Shown here: positions 58,019 through 64,000 of the stretch, one piece after another
How the letters are laid out: every line of letters starts with the position of its first letter
Numbering within the stretch: the first letter of the stretch is position 1
Assembly (NCBI GenBank): GCA_964610055.1
Contig: CAZSUC010000001.1
Span: 505,692-569,691, forward strand
Length of the DNA stretch: 64,000 nt
From: an uncultured Candidatus Saccharibacteria bacterium
Lineage (GTDB): Bacteria; Patescibacteriota; Andersenbacteria; UBA10190
Direction: 5' to 3'
Notes under the pieces: generated by a model
What the model was told of the DNA's origin: nothing
Databases searched by the model: none
What the model saw: only the letters and a program-made list of their open reading frames with translations
Program-made: the position numbers and the translations under genes

Positions 58019-59478
58019 ATAAATCCAATACCCCTCAATCACGTTTAACCGGCGCCGTCGCCCTACTCATTTCACAAGCCATTGTCTTAGTTTTTGGCTA
58101 TGTTGCCCACCTTTGGATCGGAAGACATCTTGGTCCCGAAGCCTATGGTACATACGGCATCGTTCTGTCTTTACAAACTATCTTTGGCTTAATTCTTACA
58201 CTCGGCGTTCCTGTTGCAATTTCCCGTTTTGTCGCTCAAGACACTACGCACGCTCGAGCTATTTTAAGACGCGGCTTAACCTTACAACTTGGCATTAGCT
58301 TAATCGTTGCGAGTCTTGTTGCTTCTTTCAGTCCACTCCTCGCCCGCATTCTTGGCGACAATAGCCTAACTCCATATATTATTTTTGTCGCTATCGTTAT
58401 CTTTTTTCAGTCCTTTTATCCTGTCTTCTCACAATATTTAAGCGGAGCCCATCAATTTAATCGTCAGGCCCTATTAACCAGTTTATATGCAACCGCAAAA
58501 CTCGCTGGAGCCCTTGCTCTTATGTACACCTTTCATGTCTATGGCGCCTTAGCCGGTTTTATTGTCGGTGGAATTTTTGCCGGAATTCTCGGTTGGTATT
58601 GGACCAAACCACACTTGCAACCCGGAGTATCACCTCACTCTTATCGCGCATATCTTTCTTTCGCCGGTATTTATGTTCTTGTCCTTGTTGGTTTGCAATT
58701 ACTGATTAGTCTGGATTTATTTATGGTTAAAGCCTTGCTTCGTTCCGACGAACTAACTGGTTACTACAATGCCGCCGTTACTTTGTCACGCATTCCCTTT
58801 ACCTTACTCCAATCCCTCGCCTTTATTCTTTTACCAAGCGTTTCCCGTCTCACTAAGCCTGGCGAATCTCACGTTATCGCTGCCCAGTTCATTTCCGACA
58901 CTATTCGTTATCTTATCGCCTTAATCGTACCTGGAACATTACTCGCCGCTACCACAAGCCAAACGCTTATTACCTTATTTTATTCCCATGCCTATGATCC
59001 TGCCTCTTCTATCTTGTCAATTTTAATTATTGGATTAGGCGCTTTAGCTTTCTTCCAATTACTAGTTAGTATTGTGGCTGGAGCCGGACGTCCTGGCATT
59101 GCTTTGTACATTACTATTTTCTTATGCCTTCTCAGTATTAGTCTTGGATTTATCTTGATTCCTACATTTGGCACCATAGGAGCTGCTTGGCAAACGACTA
59201 TCTCTGGTATCGCTGGGCTCATCTTGCTCGGTGCCTACACTTTCCGATCATTCCATATTCCTTTGCCAATCAAAAGCATTATCAATATTCTCATGGCATC
59301 TATTATTGCCGTATTGCCAACTTATTTGTGGCACACTAACTCTATTACTATTATTCCAACATATCTCTTAGCTGGCTTGATTTATCTACTCATATTGTTT
59401 GCCTTACAGGAAGTAAAGCCCTCTGATCGCTCTCGCTTGTCTCGCATCCACCCCTGGCTTAAATGGGTTGCTCCCTAA
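58015..59478 (+). CDS. MOP-superfamily oligosaccharide/polysaccharide flippase (Wzx-like)
   Basis: Fourteen-transmembrane topology and sequence style of polysaccharide biosynthesis proteins. Confidence 0.6.
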   Translation: MNKSNTPQSRLTGAVALLISQAIVLVFGYVAHLWIGRHLGPEAYGTYGIVLSLQTIFGLILTLGVPVAISRFVAQDTTHARAILRRGLTLQLGISLIVASLVASFSPLLARILGDNSLTPYIIFVAIVIFFQSFYPVFSQYLSGAHQFNRQALLTSLYATAKLAGALALMYTFHVYGALAGFIVGGIFAGILGWYWTKPHLQPGVSPHSYRAYLSFAGIYVLVLVGLQLLISLDLFMVKALLRSDELTGYYNAAVTLSRIPFTLLQSLAFILLPSVSRLTKPGESHVIAAQFISDTIRYLIALIVPGTLLAATTSQTLITLFYSHAYDPASSILSILIIGLGALAFFQLLVSIVAGAGRPGIALYITIFLCLLSISLGFILIPTFGTIGAAWQTTISGIAGLILLGAYTFRSFHIPLPIKSIINILMASIIAVLPTYLWHTNSITIIPTYLLAGLIYLLILFALQEVKPSDRSRLSRIHPWLKWVAP

Positions 59479-60041
59479 TACCTATGTCCCGCCTATTAAT
59501 TGTTTTCAGCTCACTATTTCTCGCTATCTTTTTAGTTGCCATACCCATCCTATTTCCTCGTGCTGTTACACCAGTTTCATCGCTTGAAAATATTCATGGC
59601 ATTCCGTTTCCACACAACAACTCTAATCTCTTAATTACCGAGCCACTTGCCCACACTGATATTAAACTTAATCAATCTACTTTCGGTCGCGATCTTCATC
59701 TTATCGTCACCTTTAATCCTGGTAATCTACAATCACTCATGGTCGGCATCCGTGAGAACAGTTTTTGGCTTAGTTATCCTCAGATACCTATCTGGGAAGC
59801 AAATCCTGGTGTCGCTTCTCCCGACACAGTTACTAGCGCTATTACTATTCCATTAACTGATAAATTAGCTGCTTCTGACCAGTCAGTTGATTTAATGTTT
59901 TTTGCCACACCAGCAATTAGCACAGACAACACTCTATGGACATTACAAGACATATCTTTAACTACTACTTACTCGTGGCCAACTCTTGACGCTTTTAAGG
60001 ATATAATAAAAAGCATTCTTTACCGTGAACGACTCTTATGA
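59463..60041 (+). CDS. Hypothetical protein with N-terminal transmembrane anchor
   Basis: ORF with N-terminal hydrophobic helix. No motif. Confidence 0.3.
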   Translation: MGCSLIPMSRLLIVFSSLFLAIFLVAIPILFPRAVTPVSSLENIHGIPFPHNNSNLLITEPLAHTDIKLNQSTFGRDLHLIVTFNPGNLQSLMVGIRENSFWLSYPQIPIWEANPGVASPDTVTSAITIPLTDKLAASDQSVDLMFFATPAISTDNTLWTLQDISLTTTYSWPTLDAFKDIIKSILYRERLL

Positions 60042-60223
60042 TTAACACTACTCATTCTCTTTCACATTTCGGTATTTCTTTTTTACTCGCCGGTTATTTT
60101 GCTATCTCTCTGAATCTAATGCAACCCGGTTTAATTACTAAGACACCAAGCTATATTTTTTTAAGCGTCGCAATCGTTCTCTTCTTATTATCTGTCGCTT
60201 TAAGGCCTGCTCACAATGACTGA
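60038..60223 (+). CDS. Small hypothetical membrane protein (61 aa, two hydrophobic helices)
   Basis: ORF only. Tightly packed with 4-nt overlaps between its neighbours. Confidence 0.2.
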   Translation: MINTTHSLSHFGISFLLAGYFAISLNLMQPGLITKTPSYIFLSVAIVLFLLSVALRPAHND

Positions 60224-61784
60224 GTCTCATCAAACTATTTCCACTGCTAGTTTTATCGGATTTGCCGCTACTGGTGGTGCCATTGTTGGTTTTTTTCTCC
60301 AACTGATTGTCGCTCATTATTTCGGCGCTTCTTCTCAAACTGACGCTTACTTCATGGCTGTTTCTACATCTGAAATGCTGGGTAAATTACTCTTAGGCGG
60401 ATCGATTACTGCTGTTTTCTTACCTATGTTTGTCGAGCGTTTCACTCACAATCAACATGCCTCTGCTTGGAATCTTGCCGTTACTCTTATTAATTTAACC
60501 ACGGGCATTATGCTGGCTTTATTACTTCTCATCGCTCTCTTTGCTCGTCCATTTGTTAGTTTTATTGCGCCTGGATTTTCGCCTGAAACTGCTGCCTTGA
60601 CCATTAATCTTCTGCGCCTCATGTTGCCAGCATTTTTATTCCTGTTCTTGGTCGACCTTATTACCGCTATCTTACATTCGCTACGCGATTTCACTGTACC
60701 TGCTTTATTGCGCATTATCACACCTACTATTTCCATTGTTACAATCCTGCTTACAGTTCATCGTCTTGGCATTTATGCCCTTGCTCTCGGCACACTTTTA
60801 GGCTCAATTATTCAGCTCGCCCTGGTATGGTGGAAAGCTAGCCGTCATGGATTTAATTATCGTTTTACTTGTGATCCTCGCGGGTCTGGCCTCGGTCATT
60901 TGCTTTACTTGGTTTACCCTTTTATCTTTTCCATGCTTGCTACTCAAGCCGCTGGAATTACTTATCGCATTTTAGCCTCAGATCTCTCAACCGGCAGTCT
61001 CTCTGCTCTAAAATACGCTGAAAAAATTACTCAGCTTTTAACTATTATCTTTCTTAACTCTGTCACCACTGTCATCTATCCTCTCTTATCTACAAAAGCT
61101 GCTCAAAAAGATACATTCGGATTTACTCAAACAACCGGTTCTGCCTTACGACTGACTCTCTTAGTTGCTGCCCCCCTAGCCATCGGAGTAGCTTACTTAC
61201 GTCAACCTTTTATTAGTTTGATTTATGAACACGGATCGTTTTCCACTGACGCGGCCCTTATGACTAGCACTGCCCTTGGCCTATTAGTTATTGGCCTTGT
61301 CACCAACACTTTTAGCTCGATCTTCGGGCATGCCGTGCTTGCCATCCAAAAAACTCGTGCTGCTGTTTTAATTACTATTTTTTCTCAATTAACCGCCATC
61401 TTGTTATTTATTACTTTAGTTCCTCGCCTACAGTTTGCCGGTTTAGCGTTAGCTTCATCTTTAGTGCCGCTAAGCTCAGCTCTCTTGTATTACTTATATT
61501 TACATCGTCGCGTACCCGAACTTATTTCTATTTTTCATCATAGCGCTTACCTAAAAATTATTGTTTTATCCGGATTCCTTTGGTTAACTCTCGTCCTAAC
61601 TTCACGCATTACACCTTCCTTTTCTGATTCCCTAATTACACATAATATCTTAGCAATTCTAATTCCTACTATTATGGGTTGTATCGTATTTTTCGGCGGC
61701 GCTTATCTGTGGCATATTCCTGAAATACACGACATCCAACGCATTGTATCGCAAAAAGTCAGTAAATATTCTTCTCGTTTATGA
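60216..61784 (+). CDS. murJ: Lipid II flippase MurJ/MviN
   Basis: MOP-family N-terminus (LQLIVAHYFGASSQTDAYFMAVSTSEMLGKLLLGGSITAVFLPMF) matches the MurJ consensus. Confidence 0.75.
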   Translation: MTESHQTISTASFIGFAATGGAIVGFFLQLIVAHYFGASSQTDAYFMAVSTSEMLGKLLLGGSITAVFLPMFVERFTHNQHASAWNLAVTLINLTTGIMLALLLLIALFARPFVSFIAPGFSPETAALTINLLRLMLPAFLFLFLVDLITAILHSLRDFTVPALLRIITPTISIVTILLTVHRLGIYALALGTLLGSIIQLALVWWKASRHGFNYRFTCDPRGSGLGHLLYLVYPFIFSMLATQAAGITYRILASDLSTGSLSALKYAEKITQLLTIIFLNSVTTVIYPLLSTKAAQKDTFGFTQTTGSALRLTLLVAAPLAIGVAYLRQPFISLIYEHGSFSTDAALMTSTALGLLVIGLVTNTFSSIFGHAVLAIQKTRAAVLITIFSQLTAILLFITLVPRLQFAGLALASSLVPLSSALLYYLYLHRRVPELISIFHHSAYLKIIVLSGFLWLTLVLTSRITPSFSDSLITHNILAILIPTIMGCIVFFGGAYLWHIPEIHDIQRIVSQKVSKYSSRL

Positions 61785-62893
61785 AATTTGCTGTTCTTGA
61801 ATATACTTCAAAATCAGGATTAGTTTGGCATCATACCGATAACAAACCAAATTATCTTTGTAATCCTGTCACAGAAATTGATCCGACTAGTTTCGGCTGT
61901 TACGTTTCAGCACTCAAAGGCGAGCACATTCCTTTAACTGGTCTTATTTTAGGTCCAGTCAACAATATTTCGCCTAGCGTAAAATTTTACCGCAAAGTCA
62001 TCAAACGAGCTTTTCGATTCTGGCCTGGATATTCTCTCAAATATCTGCAATCATTTGATGCTCTTTTAGTTGTTCACCAACTAAGCGAAACCAAAGAACT
62101 TAATCGTGCCCTCCAAAGGCTACGCCATCTACAACCTCACCCAGTTATTGTCGGAGTTCCTACCCAACCTTTTGGCATTTTAAATCATGCTTTTGCGACT
62201 ACTTTTGATGCTTTGCATGATTTTCGAAATTTCATGTCATATTGCGATGTTTTCGTTTCAATCGTTCAAAGCACTGTACCTTTTTATCAAGCTCACACTC
62301 AAACCCCAGTTGTTTACTTACCTCAACCATATCCAGCTGCTTTTGCTAGTCAATTTTTCCAACCCCTCTCTCAAAAAGACAAGACTATCCTAGTAGCCGG
62401 GGTTACACAACGCGACAATATTAAAAAAGGCCAACTTGTTGCCAAGGCCATCCAAGCCCTTTATCCCGAATATACTATTCTTATACCCAAAGTCGCGGAT
62501 CTAGATTATGACTTCTCCAATTTAACTGGTACTCGCTATCAAGTTTTACCTTTTGAAATGTGGCAAACTCACCTCCAAACCTTAGCCCACACTAGTTTAG
62601 TTATTAATACTGACTACACTGCTACTCGTGGTCGCGTTCAAGCTGATTGTGCCGCTGTTGGCACTATTAGCTTAGGGTCTAATTCTGACGCCCAAGCTGA
62701 TCTATTCCCTGATCAATTTTCTCACCCCGATGCTACTGTGAAACAATTATTAGCTTCCGCCCGTCAACTTTTAGACAATCCCAGCTATTACGCTAAAACT
62801 GCCAACTATGCTCGTTCTGGCTTAGCAAAATATGATTATCCCGCTTCAGCCGAACGTTTTCGCAATTTAATCACAGAATATCAAAATGACTGA
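61781..62893 (+). CDS. Hypothetical protein, possibly divergent GT-B glycosyltransferase
   Basis: The C-terminal half has a GT-B-like alternating pattern. No catalytic motif identified. Confidence 0.3.
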   Translation: MKFAVLEYTSKSGLVWHHTDNKPNYLCNPVTEIDPTSFGCYVSALKGEHIPLTGLILGPVNNISPSVKFYRKVIKRAFRFWPGYSLKYLQSFDALLVVHQLSETKELNRALQRLRHLQPHPVIVGVPTQPFGILNHAFATTFDALHDFRNFMSYCDVFVSIVQSTVPFYQAHTQTPVVYLPQPYPAAFASQFFQPLSQKDKTILVAGVTQRDNIKKGQLVAKAIQALYPEYTILIPKVADLDYDFSNLTGTRYQVLPFEMWQTHLQTLAHTSLVINTDYTATRGRVQADCAAVGTISLGSNSDAQADLFPDQFSHPDATVKQLLASARQLLDNPSYYAKTANYARSGLAKYDYPASAERFRNLITEYQND

Positions 62894-63980
62894 TCTTTCC
62901 CGTCTCGGCCCTCGACCTCGCTTTTTAGTTAAGCATGTCGGCAACCTTGGCGACATGATCTTTTTTGTTCCACCAATTCTTACTACCCTCAAGCGTCTTT
63001 GGCCAGAGAGTCATGTCACTTTTGTTACGGCCTGGGGATTTAAAACAAGACATCGGCACTTTGGTTTTGGGCCTAAATTTGATTTTTGGGGACCTCGTAA
63101 TCAAAGTGGTTTTTGTTTACACGCCATTCAAACTAATCCATACATCGACCAGCTAGTTCATTATCACAGCACTCGCACTTCATTAACTGGTGATATCTGC
63201 ACTGAGGACGGTGTCTCTTATCCAACCTGGAGTCAGTCTTACTACGAAAAGCAAAAACAATCAGACAACTACGATGCTGTTTTTGAGCTCGACATTGGGC
63301 TTAGTCATACTGGCAATCCCTTAACAGAATTATATCGACATATTGGACTACCAAACGAAACATATTCAAAATATGAGATTTTTCTCACTGATCACGATAA
63401 AGAAATAGCTAGTATCGTCACTAAATCATGGCCTCATCCACGTATAGTTATTTTAGAATCAATCGAGAGCAGCACTACGCGCGGCTGGGACCCTAAAAAA
63501 ATTCCTATTCTCGAACAAGCCATAACTTCCACTTATAGCGTCCCTCCCATTTGGTTTGGAGCTAAATACACTCCCAATTATCACAATCAGCCTTTAACCT
63601 TAAGACAAAATATTGCCACTTTAACTTTTGCCGATATCGCCATCGGAGTCCTTTCCGGTCCCTTACACATGGCAGCAGCGGTCAATACCCCAACTATTAC
63701 TCTATATGCTGACTCCACTATTGAACGTGCTGCTCCTGCTTATTTTTTGAATAAATACATTGATGATCCTAATCGTCGTCACCACACAATTATAGCTCCG
63801 GACACGCTTCCATATCACATTTTAAAAAGCACTACTCCACCAGCTAGCCTAACTCCTGTCGAATTAAAATTTCAAAAATATCGTAGCTGGCAAAATCCTG
63901 GTCAACAATCCACAAAATCTTCGTTAGCTGCTATCACTGTCGACGAGGTCATGGAGACATTGCGTTTTGCTCTTCCTTAG
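62886..63980 (+). CDS. Glycosyltransferase family 9 (heptosyltransferase-like)
   Basis: N-terminus (FLVKHVGNLGDMIFFVPPILTTLKRLWPESHVTFVT) matches the GT9 consensus (...LGDvi...p....lk...P.a.i..l.). Confidence 0.6.
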   Translation: MTDLSRLGPRPRFLVKHVGNLGDMIFFVPPILTTLKRLWPESHVTFVTAWGFKTRHRHFGFGPKFDFWGPRNQSGFCLHAIQTNPYIDQLVHYHSTRTSLTGDICTEDGVSYPTWSQSYYEKQKQSDNYDAVFELDIGLSHTGNPLTELYRHIGLPNETYSKYEIFLTDHDKEIASIVTKSWPHPRIVILESIESSTTRGWDPKKIPILEQAITSTYSVPPIWFGAKYTPNYHNQPLTLRQNIATLTFADIAIGVLSGPLHMAAAVNTPTITLYADSTIERAAPAYFLNKYIDDPNRRHHTIIAPDTLPYHILKSTTPPASLTPVELKFQKYRSWQNPGQQSTKSSLAAITVDEVMETLRFALP

Positions 63981-64000
63981 TCTTATTTACACCTCTCCTT

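Noticed and set aside
914-63156. Numerous 60-150-aa ORFs in the track lying antisense or out of frame within annotated genes (for example 914-1144, 2041-2373, 4291-4731, 11752-12384, 45015-45878, 59647-59856)
   Set aside because: All are embedded in, or overlap, longer ORFs with clear homology-style motifs. Their compositions are low-complexity or biased, as expected for shadow ORFs in a low-GC genome.
1-64000. CRISPR arrays, rRNA genes, transposases/IS elements, integrases, prophage
   Set aside because: I saw no regularly spaced direct repeats, no rRNA-like conserved blocks, and no transposase or integrase-like ORFs. The only T-arm-like motif (GGTTCAAATCC) is the one at 21276-21286.

Overview
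This window is a gene-dense bacterial chromosomal segment with no rRNA, CRISPR array or obvious transposase. The gene content suggests a small-genome, Gram-positive-like bacterium, possibly a Candidate Phyla Radiation/Patescibacteria-type organism: FemAB, SpoIID/LytB, a short AlaS and a LOG-family protein are all present. This lineage assignment is an inference from content only. Bases 1-21070 are almost entirely one minus-strand housekeeping block, organised as follows:
- proS (5' part), rseP, frr, holB, secF, secD
- secA, hpf, a GT4 glycosyltransferase, mreB, murA
- a ribosomal/RNA polymerase operon: rpsI, rplM, rplQ, rpoA, rpsD, rpsK, rpsM, rpmJ, infA
- a hypothetical membrane protein and a short alaS
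A plus-strand tRNA-like gene sits at 21111-21297. Its two halves fit each other perfectly but are separated by a roughly 116-nt insertion inside the anticodon arm, and that insertion itself contains a bidirectional terminator-like hairpin. The next minus-strand block carries a LOG-family protein and then a three-gene module with no other type IV secretion parts nearby. The module is a sigma-70 region-4 HTH protein, a membrane protein, and a soluble TraG/VirD4-like P-loop ATPase ending in a CxxC...CxxC zinc ribbon. After that comes a rearranged division/cell-wall cluster (murC, murG, ftsW, murD, mraY, a D-Ala-D-Ala carboxypeptidase, scpB, scpA). From about 34.4 kb to the end lies a large envelope-glycan locus with 13 or more glycosyltransferases (GT2, GT4, GT9 and GT-C-like), two Wzx-type flippases (one fused to a GT4 domain), MurJ, an O-antigen-ligase-like protein and SpoIID/LytB. 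It also holds a MurF homolog whose N-terminal domain is replaced by five transmembrane helices, next to a DegT-family aminotransferase and a FemAB-family protein. Product calls rest on motif recognition in the supplied translations. No database search could be run.
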